From Bacillota bacterium (GTDB lineage: Bacteria > Bacillota > SHA-98 > UBA4971), in contig DUVA01000181.1 in NCBI GenBank assembly GCA_012841305.1, forward strand, positions 1 to 58,850: a DNA stretch of 58,850 nucleotides. Reading direction: 5' to 3'. Shown here one piece after another: positions 19,695-28,404 of this stretch. The notes beneath the pieces are model-generated. The model was not told where the DNA came from. It saw only the letters and a list, made by a program, of their open reading frames with translations, and ran no database searches. How positions within the stretch are numbered: the stretch's first letter is position 1; each line of letters begins with the position of its first letter. The translations under genes and the position numbers were made by a program.

Positions 19695-20672
19695 TTACCT
19701 CCATACGGTTATGCCTGCCTCATGTACCACATATGGATTCACTACAACCCGTTGCCCTTCTCGCAATCCTTCACACATTACTTGACTTTCGTCACCTGCA
19801 ATGACTGTTACGGGCTTAGAGTCTACTCCCAGGTTGGCTGGTATGTAGACCAGATACCCATCTTTCCCTTTAACAAGGGCTTGCTTAGGGATGATGATTC
19901 CTCTTTGAGTTCCGGTAATGATCTTAGCGTGAACGTGGCGGAGATAATACAGCTCATGAGGATAGTCAGTAAGTTCTAATAACAGAGCGCTCGGTTTCGG
20001 ATCATCCCGAGTCGAATCTACCCGGGAGACAATCTTAGCAGAGCAAAGGCGACCGGGTACCGAATCAAACCGTAAGGTGCACTTGCGCCCTTCAGTCAAA
20101 ACCCGACTGACTGAAGGCGTAATGCCGGGCTCAGGAAATACCAGGACATAGACACGGTAGTTATCAATTACCCGAAAAAGAGTTCGGCCTGTTTCAACTT
20201 GCATACCTGACTTCACACTCACCGGATTGGAGACAAGCTCGGACACCTTCTTAGCGTCAAAGTCCACCCACGAAGAGGGAGTGAGGATTCTTTCCAGTCC
20301 GTCTACGGTGAAACTGACAACGCCTGGTTTTTCAGGCACCAAACGGACTCCTGTATTGTCCTCTGTCCTTCTCTGGGTTTCGCCTGGCACGACTTGAGCT
20401 ATTGTCGTATCCGTCCGTGCTCTGCTCTTTTCCGGTGCAACCAGCCTCAGTGTGCCACCTGTAGGACTCAGGTAGACCATCTCGTCTCTTATAATAACGC
20501 CTTCTGAGCCCACTCCCTGTTCTATCTCGCCTCGTTTTGCAGGCACACAAACAAGCCTGCTTTCTGACTCTGATATCTGGGAGTTTTGGTTAAGCGACCA
20601 AGACACGAGTGCAATAACTGCAAGTGAGAAGACTATGAGCCAGAGTCTGGATTTAACCCCGCGATACTCCAT
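19695..20672 (-). CDS. N-terminally anchored HlyD/membrane-fusion-like barrel-sandwich protein
   Basis: Single N-terminal TM segment, then beta-rich domains with a C-terminus typical of periplasmic-adaptor-like proteins (IIPKQALVKGKDGYLVYI...GLREGQRVVVNP). Confidence 0.45.
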   Translation of the reverse strand: MEYRGVKSRLWLIVFSLAVIALVSWSLNQNSQISESESRLVCVPAKRGEIEQGVGSEGVIIRDEMVYLSPTGGTLRLVAPEKSRARTDTTIAQVVPGETQRRTEDNTGVRLVPEKPGVVSFTVDGLERILTPSSWVDFDAKKVSELVSNPVSVKSGMQVETGRTLFRVIDNYRVYVLVFPEPGITPSVSRVLTEGRKCTLRFDSVPGRLCSAKIVSRVDSTRDDPKPSALLLELTDYPHELYYLRHVHAKIITGTQRGIIIPKQALVKGKDGYLVYIPANLGVDSKPVTVIAGDESQVMCEGLREGQRVVVNPYVVHEAGITVWR

Positions 20673-20739
20673 GGCTTAGTTTTTCTATAACTTCTGCCAA
20701 ACTCCTGCCGCAGGGGAGAAGTGTCAGGTTGTTTTAGGC

Positions 20740-20772
20740 CTAAGTAGATCACCAAGGGAGTCACGGTCTCCT
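20740..20772 (-). repeat. Truncated, inverted remnant of the repeat family (H-arm plus core end) overlapping the nrdG stop codon
   Basis: The minus strand reads GAGACCGTGACTCCC-TTGGTGATCTACTTAG. Compare GAGACCGTTGATTTCTCCC and ATGGAGATCTACTTAG in copy B. Confidence 0.7.
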
Positions 20773-21282
20773 GCAGGCGTCGTAGGTGTCGCTGACGACT
20801 ACCGGTGCATTTTTCTCGAGAGACTTTGCGACGTCAATTACCCTCTGGTTCCGGGAACCTCTGAAAGCAAGGCCTAGATCCCTCTCGTCTTCATAAAAAG
20901 GCCCGTCTACCAGAAGGGTCGTTAATGATAATAGGTCATGCCATGTATCCCTGGATGAGCTCACCAAATCTTCCCACACATAACCTGTATACGTAACAAT
21001 ATCCAGTGACGATGATTTCAGCATATGGCCCAACTCAGCGAAGGCTTCCGCCTGGGAAAACGGCTCTCCCCCGCTGAATGTAACCCCTTGAGCCATAGGT
21101 ACTGAACGTATCATTTGGACGACTTGACCAACATCAAATAGCTTTCCCCCGTTCGGGTCATGGGTGTCCGGGTTTTGACAGCCGGGACAACCATGGGGGC
21201 ACCCTTGCGCGTATATCACTACACGAATGCCAGGCCCGTCCACAACGCTTTCTCTTGTTATCCCGGCCAGTCTCAGTCTCAT
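20761..21282 (-). CDS. nrdG: Anaerobic ribonucleoside-triphosphate reductase activating protein (radical SAM)
   Basis: MRLRLAGITRESVVDGPGIRVVIYAQGCPHGCPGCQNP. The longer ORF to 21450 runs through the repeat element and was trimmed to the ATG at 21282. Confidence 0.85.
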   Translation of the reverse strand: MRLRLAGITRESVVDGPGIRVVIYAQGCPHGCPGCQNPDTHDPNGGKLFDVGQVVQMIRSVPMAQGVTFSGGEPFSQAEAFAELGHMLKSSSLDIVTYTGYVWEDLVSSSRDTWHDLLSLTTLLVDGPFYEDERDLGLAFRGSRNQRVIDVAKSLEKNAPVVVSDTYDACRRP

Positions 21283-21301
21283 TATGAAATCCCAGTCCCT
21301 T

Positions 21302-21614
21302 CTAAGTATGAGTTCATTAGTTTTCGCTCGTTTTCCGATTGTCTCGGGTGGCCGGTGATTGGAACGAGGGGTGTCAAAATTCGGCCACTTGCCTACGGGC
21401 CGGATTTTGTCAAGGCGACCCGCTTGGGGAGCCGTCCCCGAGTGCAACACCGGCCACCCTGCATGGCACGTACACTTTCTGGAACCGGCGATTACTCATG
21501 CTGGAGACCGTTGATTTCTCCCAATAGCTGCCAGGTATTACCCTGTTTGTCAATGTACAGTCCATATTTACATTTAACTGGGAGAAATCAACGGTCTCAT
21601 GGAGATCTACTTAG
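21302..21614 (+). repeat. Copy B of the repeat family: core plus M2 module (about 21346-21459) plus H hairpin element (21504-21598)
   Basis: Termini are CTAAGTATGAG...ATGGAGATCTACTTAG. The M2 closing stem is GGGTGGCCGGTG/CACCGGCCACCC. The H arms are GAGACCGTTGATTTCTCCC/GGGAGAAATCAACGGTCTC. Confidence 0.85.
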
Positions 21615-23704
21615 TTTACCGGAAACGTTGTCCGGTGAGGCGTTCTTGCCGCAAGTTCAGCCCGCTTTGCGTCATTGAACCTATCAACTGTTGACAGATA
21701 CCCGGTAATGCGGCGTATTCGCCTTATACTCGATGACCCGCATTTCGGACATGAAGACTCTATTACTCCCGAATAGGAGCACTCCCTGCATTCGTCTATG
21801 GGGAAGTTAATACCGCCATAGCCCACATCGCAAGATCTCATATGTCTGACTATTGCTTCCACGGCTTCTATGTTGTGAGTCGGAGGAGAATCAAGTTCTA
21901 TGTAGGAAATGTGTCCTGCATTAGTGTACTTATGGTAGACACCTTCGATCATGATTTTCTCGTACATTCCAATTTCACAGTCAACAGGTACGTGGAAACT
22001 GTTCGTATAGAATTCCTTGTCTGTAACCCCTTCTATAACACCGAACTTCTTTCTGTCTTTTGCAATGAATCGTCCTGAAAGACCTTCTGCAGGGGTTGCA
22101 AGAAGAGTATAGTTCAGGTCATGGATTTCTGATGCTTCATCAACTAATTGTCTCATGAATGCCACAATTTCTACGCCGAGTCTTCGGGCTTCTTCATTTT
22201 CACCGTGATTATGCCCGGTGAGGGCTTTGAGGGCTTCCGCAAGCCCAAGGAATCCAACACTTAAGGTGCCGTGGACGATAGCGGATTCTATGGTATCGTC
22301 CGGCCCGAGATTTTCTGAATCAAGGTACAAGTGTTGCCCCATTAGGAATGGCATGTCCTTCACTTTTAGCCTGCACTGTATTCTGTATCTGTGAAACAGC
22401 TGTCTGATTGCAAGGCGCACAACTTCCCGGAGTCCGGTAAAGAACTTGTCAAGGTCACCTTGGGCCTTAATGGCTATCCTGGGCAAGTTCACTGATGTGA
22501 AAGAAAGATTTCCCCTGCCTGTTGTTACTTGAGGCCCTCGCCTGTTCGCTATGACTCTTGTCCTACATCCCATGTAAGCTACTTCATCGCCATAGGGTTC
22601 ATTGTATGAGGCGTCCATAAACGAAAAGGTCGGGTTCATTCTGCGACTTGCAACTCGCATAGCGAGACGAAACAGGTCGTAATTAGGATCGCCCGGGTTG
22701 AAGTTGACGCCTTCCTTGACCCTGAAAATTATGTTGGGGAATATCGGGTTTTCGCCTTTTCCAAGCCCTTTTTCAAAGGCCAAAAGCAGGCACCGGGTGA
22801 CCATCCTTCCTGCCTCACTCAAATCGCATCCCAAATTCACTGAGGAAAACGGAACTTGTGAGCCGGCTCTGCTATGCATTGAGTTGAGATTGTATACGAA
22901 AGCCTCCATAGCCTGATAAACGTCATCTTCCGGATACCCTTCCACAAACGACGCCATATCCCGGTCAAAGAATCCATAGGACTGGCCGCCATGCATATCA
23001 TTTTGAGAGCTCTGAAGTATTATTGCGGCAAGTGCAGTTGCGGAACTAGGTCTTTTGGGAGGCCTGATAAAGCCGTGGCCTGTGCTGAACCCGCGAGAAA
23101 GTAGATCATAGAGCGGAATTTGAATGCAGGTTAATGTCTTGCCGTAGAACTCCAGATCGTGAATATGAATGTCACCGTCAATGTGAGCATATGCAACGTC
23201 TTCCGGAATTAATCTATGAAGGTAGTAGTGGCGACTGGCTGCTGACGCTATTTGCAGCATCTTGGCTGAGGGTGAGTTGCCCACATTGGCGTTCTCACGG
23301 CTTGTTTCAACGAGGATATCTGCTACGATATCCATTAACTCAGCTTTGGCGTCGCGGATTCTCGTGCGCTTGTCACGGTAAAGTATGTATGATTTCGCTA
23401 CTTTTGCATGTCCGGCCTCGATAAGGACTCGCTCGACTATGTCTTGTATCCCTTCAACGGTGGGTATAGCCCCTACAAGCTCTTCCTCAAGATAGTCCAG
23501 TACTTTCTCAGTGAGCGTTTCCGCCCTATTCATGTTGTCTTGCCCTACCGCCAACTGGGCTTTGTAAATGGCGTAGGTTATTTTTGCCTTGTCAAACCTG
23601 ACTATCCTCCCGTCCCTCTTCCGAATACTTGAGAATGCTCTGGGTAAGGCTTTTTCTTGCGCCCAAAGCTCATTAGGGGCAGCCTGTCTTAGGGCTTCTT
23701 TCAT
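21611..23704 (-). CDS. nrdD: Anaerobic ribonucleoside-triphosphate reductase
   Basis: N-terminal ATP-cone, C-terminal Zn-ribbon cysteines (CRECSYSG...CPKCG) and glycyl-radical motif RRITGYL. Confidence 0.9.
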   Translation of the reverse strand: MKEALRQAAPNELWAQEKALPRAFSSIRKRDGRIVRFDKAKITYAIYKAQLAVGQDNMNRAETLTEKVLDYLEEELVGAIPTVEGIQDIVERVLIEAGHAKVAKSYILYRDKRTRIRDAKAELMDIVADILVETSRENANVGNSPSAKMLQIASAASRHYYLHRLIPEDVAYAHIDGDIHIHDLEFYGKTLTCIQIPLYDLLSRGFSTGHGFIRPPKRPSSATALAAIILQSSQNDMHGGQSYGFFDRDMASFVEGYPEDDVYQAMEAFVYNLNSMHSRAGSQVPFSSVNLGCDLSEAGRMVTRCLLLAFEKGLGKGENPIFPNIIFRVKEGVNFNPGDPNYDLFRLAMRVASRRMNPTFSFMDASYNEPYGDEVAYMGCRTRVIANRRGPQVTTGRGNLSFTSVNLPRIAIKAQGDLDKFFTGLREVVRLAIRQLFHRYRIQCRLKVKDMPFLMGQHLYLDSENLGPDDTIESAIVHGTLSVGFLGLAEALKALTGHNHGENEEARRLGVEIVAFMRQLVDEASEIHDLNYTLLATPAEGLSGRFIAKDRKKFGVIEGVTDKEFYTNSFHVPVDCEIGMYEKIMIEGVYHKYTNAGHISYIELDSPPTHNIEAVEAIVRHMRSCDVGYGGINFPIDECRECSYSGVIESSCPKCGSSSIRRIRRITGYLSTVDRFNDAKRAELAARTPHRTTFPVN

Positions 23705-23721
23705 TCATTACTCCTCCCTGC

Positions 23722-24177
23722 TTATCGGTTATGCAGTTCTTCGATTTCTCTGATAAAAGTCTCGATATCTTGGAATTCTTTGTACACCGACGCAAACCTG
23801 ACGTATGCAACCTTATCGATATTTTTCAACTGACGGAGCACGGCTTCTCCTATTGCGCTGCTTTCTACCTCTTGGTCAAGCTCGCCGCGGAGTTCTCTTT
23901 CTACGTTACTTGCGATGTCTTCAAGCGCGCTTACAGATATCGGACGCTTCTGACAGGCTTTCATGAGACCTGCCAATAGTTTGTTTCTGTCGAAAGGTTC
24001 TCTGCGCCCATCCTTCTTAATGACCATCATGGGAGCTTTCTCTACTGTCTCATACGTAGTGAAACGCTTTTGACATTTGAGGCACTCCCGTCTTCGCCTG
24101 ATTGCAGAGGCGGAGGCAGTAGAACGGGAATCTACCACCTTGCTGTCTGGGTACCCGCAAAACGGACACTTCATCAT
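23722..24177 (-). CDS. nrdR: Transcriptional repressor NrdR
   Basis: MKCPFCGYPDSKVVDSR zinc ribbon plus ATP-cone. Confidence 0.9.
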   Translation of the reverse strand: MMKCPFCGYPDSKVVDSRSTASASAIRRRRECLKCQKRFTTYETVEKAPMMVIKKDGRREPFDRNKLLAGLMKACQKRPISVSALEDIASNVERELRGELDQEVESSAIGEAVLRQLKNIDKVAYVRFASVYKEFQDIETFIREIEELHNR

Positions 24178-24213
24178 TGTCCCTCCGAGTTTATGATTAG
24201 CGTTAGCTATTTC

Positions 24214-24260
24214 CTACATATTGTGTATATGGGTATTTTATCATTCAACATATTGAGTAT
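24214..24260 (-). promoter_or_regulatory. Two candidate NrdR boxes upstream of nrdR-nrdD-nrdG
   Basis: Minus-strand TATACACAATATGTAG (24214-24229) and ATACTCAATATGTTGA (24245-24260) resemble acaCwAtATaTwGtgt. Centres are 31 bp apart. Confidence 0.5.
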
Positions 24261-24331
24261 CAATACATAGTCAGACAATCTTCGGAGGTTCTCATGCCTC
24301 TTTTGCTTCCTTACAGGCTAAGGCGCATTCG

Positions 24332-24360
24332 GAATAAAACTTCAGTTAGAAGGCAATAAT
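24332..24360 (+). promoter_or_regulatory. Weak forespore-type (sigma-F/G-like) promoter candidate for sigG
   Basis: GAATA-17 nt-CAATAAT compared with GHATR-N17/18-CATXHTA. The -10 element has several mismatches. Confidence 0.25.
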
Positions 24361-24403
24361 TCTTATTAAGGCTGAGATATTTTGGAAACGTGAGGGACCG
24401 CTC

Positions 24404-25177
24404 ATGATGATAAACAAGGTGGAAATCTGCGGGGTGAACACATCAAAACTGCCGGTTCTCTCGAACCAGAAAATGCGGGAGTTCCTGCAGCGTGTAAGAC
24501 AAGGCGACAAAGAGGCCCGCGATAAGCTGATACATGGGAATCTCCGTCTGGTGTTAAGCGTGATACAACGCTTCAATAACCGTGGCGAGTGTGTAGACGA
24601 TCTTTTTCAGGTAGGGTGTATCGGTCTCATGAAAGCTATTGACAACTTTGACCTATCACAGAACGTGAAGTTTTCCACTTACGCGGTTCCTATGATAATC
24701 GGGGAAATAAGAAGGTATTTGCGTGATAACAATCCTATTCGCGTGTCCCGTTCATTGAGGGATGTAGCATATAAAGCCCTACAAGTACGAGATACTCTTG
24801 TCAACAAGAACTCGCGGGAACCCTCAATAAGCGAGATCGCAGACGAGTTGAAACTGCCTCGTGAAGAGATTATATATGCTCTCGATGCTATTCAGGAGCC
24901 GGTATCGTTGTTTGAACCTATTTACCATGACAACGGGGATCCCATCTTCATTATGGACCAGGTTAGTGATGAGAAGAACCAAGATTCTACTTGGCTTGAA
25001 GGAATCTCCATCAGAGAGGCAATGGGAAAGTTAAGCGAAAGGGAAAGACTAATCCTAAGACTGAGATTCTTTGAAGGCAGGACCCAAATGGAGGTAGCTG
25101 ACGAAATCGGAATATCTCAGGCTCAAGTATCGCGACTGGAAAAGGCTGCACTAAAACATATGCGCCGTTTCGTCTGA
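24404..25177 (+). CDS. sigG: Sporulation sigma factor SigG
   Basis: Near-colinear with B. subtilis SigG: NKVEICGVNTSKLPVL, GNLRLVLSVIQRFNNRGE, DDLFQVGCIGLMKAIDNFDLS, ISQAQVSRLEKAA. Confidence 0.9.
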   Translation: MMINKVEICGVNTSKLPVLSNQKMREFLQRVRQGDKEARDKLIHGNLRLVLSVIQRFNNRGECVDDLFQVGCIGLMKAIDNFDLSQNVKFSTYAVPMIIGEIRRYLRDNNPIRVSRSLRDVAYKALQVRDTLVNKNSREPSISEIADELKLPREEIIYALDAIQEPVSLFEPIYHDNGDPIFIMDQVSDEKNQDSTWLEGISIREAMGKLSERERLILRLRFFEGRTQMEVADEIGISQAQVSRLEKAALKHMRRFV

Positions 25178-25205
25178 CGTCATACTAGGATTCCAAGTTT
25201 CGGAG

Positions 25206-25907
25206 GTGTCATTGTTGCGAGTTAAGACTGCAAAACCTCATCTCATAACACTAATCATGCTATGTGCGATGGTAATGTCAGAAATGTTTTGTGGGGCATG
25301 CCTGGCGGCTCTGTTAGGAGATGAGCAGACAGCCTTTAACACGACGAACCTCATAAGGCTGCACATTATGGCAAACAGCGACAGTCCGGAGGACCAAGCT
25401 TTGAAATTGGCAATCCGCGATACTGTCTTAATGGAAGTCAAAGGACTTCTCGTCGAAGCCACCACAAAGTATGAGGTATGGCAGATACTGTCTGAAAGTC
25501 TCAAAAAGATTGAAGACGCAGCCCGAAATGAAATCGGCGCAAGGGGCAAGTGTTATGAAGTTACAGTTGAACTTGGAACATTTGCTTTTCCGCCATGCAG
25601 TTATGGAGATCTCCAAGTGCCCGCAGGAGATTATGATGCTATTCGAGTTATGCTTGGGAGTGGAACAGGCCGGAATTGGTGGTGTGTGCTCTTCCCTCCC
25701 CTGTGCTTCATTGAAGTTGCAGATGACGGCAAAATACAAGGATTGGACACGAGTACTTCTCCCGGTGAAGCCCTTCTCAGGCTCGATCTCAGCCTCAAGA
25801 CATCCTATAGTGCCCCGTGGGACTTGCGCTTTCGCTCAACAATTCCTGTTCTTGAGAGGTTTGCATTCTCAAGGAGGCTTTCTCTTTCCCTAAGAGACCT
25901 GCTATAA
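25206..25907 (+). CDS. spoIIR: Stage II sporulation protein R
   Basis: IRLHIMANSDSPEDQALKLAIRD and GRNWWCVLFPPLCF signature. The true start is probably the TTG at 25212/25215, just after GGAGG at 25202-25206. Confidence 0.85.
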   Translation: MSLLRVKTAKPHLITLIMLCAMVMSEMFCGACLAALLGDEQTAFNTTNLIRLHIMANSDSPEDQALKLAIRDTVLMEVKGLLVEATTKYEVWQILSESLKKIEDAARNEIGARGKCYEVTVELGTFAFPPCSYGDLQVPAGDYDAIRVMLGSGTGRNWWCVLFPPLCFIEVADDGKIQGLDTSTSPGEALLRLDLSLKTSYSAPWDLRFRSTIPVLERFAFSRRLSLSLRDLL

Positions 25908-25976
25908 GTTATCTCTCTGCACACAATCTTTGAGTCTTGAATATAATAAATTTGTGGAAACGCGGGGGGTGATTGT

Positions 25977-26234
25977 ATGCTGGTCCGTGTTTCAGACCTA
26001 AGGGCCCGTGAAGTCGTAAATGTTGTAGACGGACGGAGGTTGGGGCCTATCTGTGACATGGAGATAGATCTTACTACAGGTCAGGTGACATCGATTATGG
26101 TGCCAGGCCCCTCCAAGTTCATGGGGATTCTCGGCCGCTACAATGATTACGTGATTCCTTGGTCAAGGATCAAGAGAATCGGAATGGACGTTATTCTCGT
26201 TGAGGCGAATGAGTACGCTGAGCCTGCCCAGTGA
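25977..26234 (+). CDS. ylmC: YlmC/YmxH-family sporulation protein (PRC barrel)
   Basis: VSDLRAREVVNVVDGRRLG...DMEIDLTTGQV..IMVPG...IPWSRIKRIGMDVILV. Confidence 0.85.
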   Translation: MLVRVSDLRAREVVNVVDGRRLGPICDMEIDLTTGQVTSIMVPGPSKFMGILGRYNDYVIPWSRIKRIGMDVILVEANEYAEPAQ

Positions 26235-27600
26235 CATATTCTCGTTCCCAAGCCGTCTCTGCCAACTCGCCATAGTCATTCGCGTATTTGTCAAGGTCAT
26301 CGGCAAGAACGGTAATGACTGATTCAGCGTTTTCATGGGTAGGTCTTGCTCCATGCCTGCACACGACATCTCTCAGTATATGAGGGTTATCCACTATCAT
26401 GCACGGCCTTAGGTGGTTGTCGTTAAGAGGCATCTTCGCTTTGATATCCATGAAGTACGGGGATGTCAAAGCCTGCTTAAGCGTTGTGTTTTTTATGTTA
26501 TCCACTGCAAAGTGAACAAATACGCACGGTTCAATATCTCCGTGGGCGTTAATATGCAGGTAACTTCTGCCTCCTGCCATGCAACCTGATACCATTGGAC
26601 CGTCATTCCAGAAATCAATGACAAAAATGGGCTTTGTTTTCCTGAGATTGATTACGTGTCTTCTCATGGTATCTCGCTGGGCAGGAGTGCACATGAGGTT
26701 TATGTCATCATCTTTTCCTACCGGGATTAACATGAAGAACCAACCGTACATAGCGCCCTTGTCAATCAGCATGTCAATGAAGGCTTCATCAGTAAGGGCT
26801 TCTGTATTAGCTCTTGTGTACGTTGCTGAAAATCCGAACACTGCACCTGCTGCCCTTAAGTTGTCCATTGCTTTCATGACTGTTTTGAAGGTTCCGGGCC
26901 CGCGTCTTGCGTCAGTTTCCGCTTCCATTCCTTCCAAGCTGATTGCAGGCGAGATGTTTCCCAGTTCCGCGAGGCGCCGGGCCAAGTGTTCATCTATGAG
27001 AGTACCGTTGGTATATACCATGAAGACTGCGTCATCATGTTTCTCTGCAATACTGAGTAGGTCCTCCCTAAGAAACGGCTCACCTCCTGAAATCACAAAG
27101 AAGTAAATGCCAAGCTCTTTCCCTTCAGAAATGATTCTGTCCAGGGTGGCTTCGTCAATTTCCCCTTCCTTCGAATAACGCCCTGCGTAGCATCCTGTGC
27201 AGTCTAGGTTGCACCGCATTGTCGGGCTTATCACGATCAATGACGGCACCGGTGTTCCCAGTTCCTCAGCACGCAGCTTTCGCTCCTGTTGACCCATGTA
27301 TGCTTCATTGATGAAGAGATTGACCAGCCCTCGTGTTCGATAACTTTCGTGAAGCTGAGAGAATCCTCGTTCTGCCAGTTTAGTCCATATATGATTTGGA
27401 TCTTCAAATGCTTTTCTTGCCATTTGAATCTGCTGTTTCTCGTTTGGCCCACCTGCAAACAACTCCAGAATTCTGGTTAAGGTCACCAAATTTCGTTGGG
27501 GATCTTTGGCCAGAAGAGACAGAGCATAGTCTATGGCTTGTGAAGCTACATACTTTTTCATAAGGTCGTACGTATTCAACTTAGGTCCCCCCTCTCTCAA
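26191..27600 (-). CDS. Radical SAM protein with C-terminal SPASM/auxiliary-cluster-like region, function unknown
   Basis: RCNLDCTGCYAG CxxxCxxC motif, GGEPFL, and later cysteines (GCMAGG...PCVFVHF). About 110-aa N-terminal helical extension. The start is uncertain (TTG at 27579 is plausible). Confidence 0.7.
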   Translation of the reverse strand: MREGGPKLNTYDLMKKYVASQAIDYALSLLAKDPQRNLVTLTRILELFAGGPNEKQQIQMARKAFEDPNHIWTKLAERGFSQLHESYRTRGLVNLFINEAYMGQQERKLRAEELGTPVPSLIVISPTMRCNLDCTGCYAGRYSKEGEIDEATLDRIISEGKELGIYFFVISGGEPFLREDLLSIAEKHDDAVFMVYTNGTLIDEHLARRLAELGNISPAISLEGMEAETDARRGPGTFKTVMKAMDNLRAAGAVFGFSATYTRANTEALTDEAFIDMLIDKGAMYGWFFMLIPVGKDDDINLMCTPAQRDTMRRHVINLRKTKPIFVIDFWNDGPMVSGCMAGGRSYLHINAHGDIEPCVFVHFAVDNIKNTTLKQALTSPYFMDIKAKMPLNDNHLRPCMIVDNPHILRDVVCRHGARPTHENAESVITVLADDLDKYANDYGELAETAWEREYVTGQAQRTHSPQRE

Positions 27601-27611
27601 GTTGTTATAGT

Positions 27612-28355
27612 CTACTCCACTTTTCTAATTTCGCGCCTGAGTTTTCTTATAATTCTCTTTTCCAGCCTGGATATATAAGACTGAGATATGCCCAGCAAAT
27701 CTGCAACCTCTTTCTGCGTCTTCTCTTTTCCGTCACCAAGTCCGAATCTAAGCTCCACTATTCTCTTTTCTCTCGAAGACAGCCTCTGCATAGCGTCATC
27801 CAGTAACGACTTATCTACTTGTTCTTCTATGCATCTATATACAATATCGCTGTCAGTTCCCATGACGTCAGATAGGAGGAGTTCATTGCCGTCCCAATCT
27901 ACATTGAGGGGTTCATCGAAAGACACTTCAGCTCTGACTTTGTTGCTTCTCCGAAGATACATAAGGATTTCGTTTTCAATGCATCGTGACGCATATGTGG
28001 CCAGCTTAATTTTTTTGGACGGATCGAATGTGTTGACAGCCTTAATTAGGCCAATCGTGCCGATGGATATCAGGTCTTCCACCCCTATTCCAGTGTTTTC
28101 AAATTTCCTTGCTATATACACTACGAGCCTTAGATTTCTCTCAATCAGCTCGCCTTTTACCCCTGTATCTCCCATTTCCAGGCGTGTCAAGAGCTCACTT
28201 TCTTCACTGGTTGAAAGGGGCGGCGGCAATACCTCTCCCCCATTCCCTACATAAAGAATCGGGCGGGTACGGATAAGGCCGTAGTTTATCGCCCATAGCA
28301 CGCTCTTCAGCCTCAGGTAGAGGAGTCGATTCATGAACGGGAGACCCATTTCCAT
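27612..28355 (-). CDS. sigE: Sporulation sigma factor SigE (pro-sigma-E)
   Basis: Colinear with B. subtilis SigE: [58 protein letters not shown]. Confidence 0.9.
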   Translation of the reverse strand: MEMGLPFMNRLLYLRLKSVLWAINYGLIRTRPILYVGNGGEVLPPPLSTSEESELLTRLEMGDTGVKGELIERNLRLVVYIARKFENTGIGVEDLISIGTIGLIKAVNTFDPSKKIKLATYASRCIENEILMYLRRSNKVRAEVSFDEPLNVDWDGNELLLSDVMGTDSDIVYRCIEEQVDKSLLDDAMQRLSSREKRIVELRFGLGDGKEKTQKEVADLLGISQSYISRLEKRIIRKLRREIRKVE

Positions 28356-28404
28356 CCTAGTCTCCTCCTAGGCAATATTTATGGACTAATGCACTTATTC
28401 TTGC

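Noticed and set aside
21283-21450. 56-codon N-terminal extension of the nrdG ORF
   Set aside because: The extension is a translation of the repeat element. NrdG homologues start at MRLRLAGI... (ATG at 21282).
21160-21678. Plus-strand ORFs at 21160-21678, 43451-43726 and 57163-57366 sharing peptides such as KYEFISFRSFS and RPRVQHR
   Set aside because: The shared peptides merely reflect translation of the same repeated DNA. The frames are interrupted differently in each copy, and no RBS or start context is present.
26191-26234. The 44-bp convergent overlap of ylmC and the radical-SAM gene as a possible assembly or annotation artefact
   Set aside because: Both ORFs read through cleanly to their stops with family-typical C-termini. 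Convergent 3' overlaps occur naturally. It is noted only as context in the sigG inversion finding.
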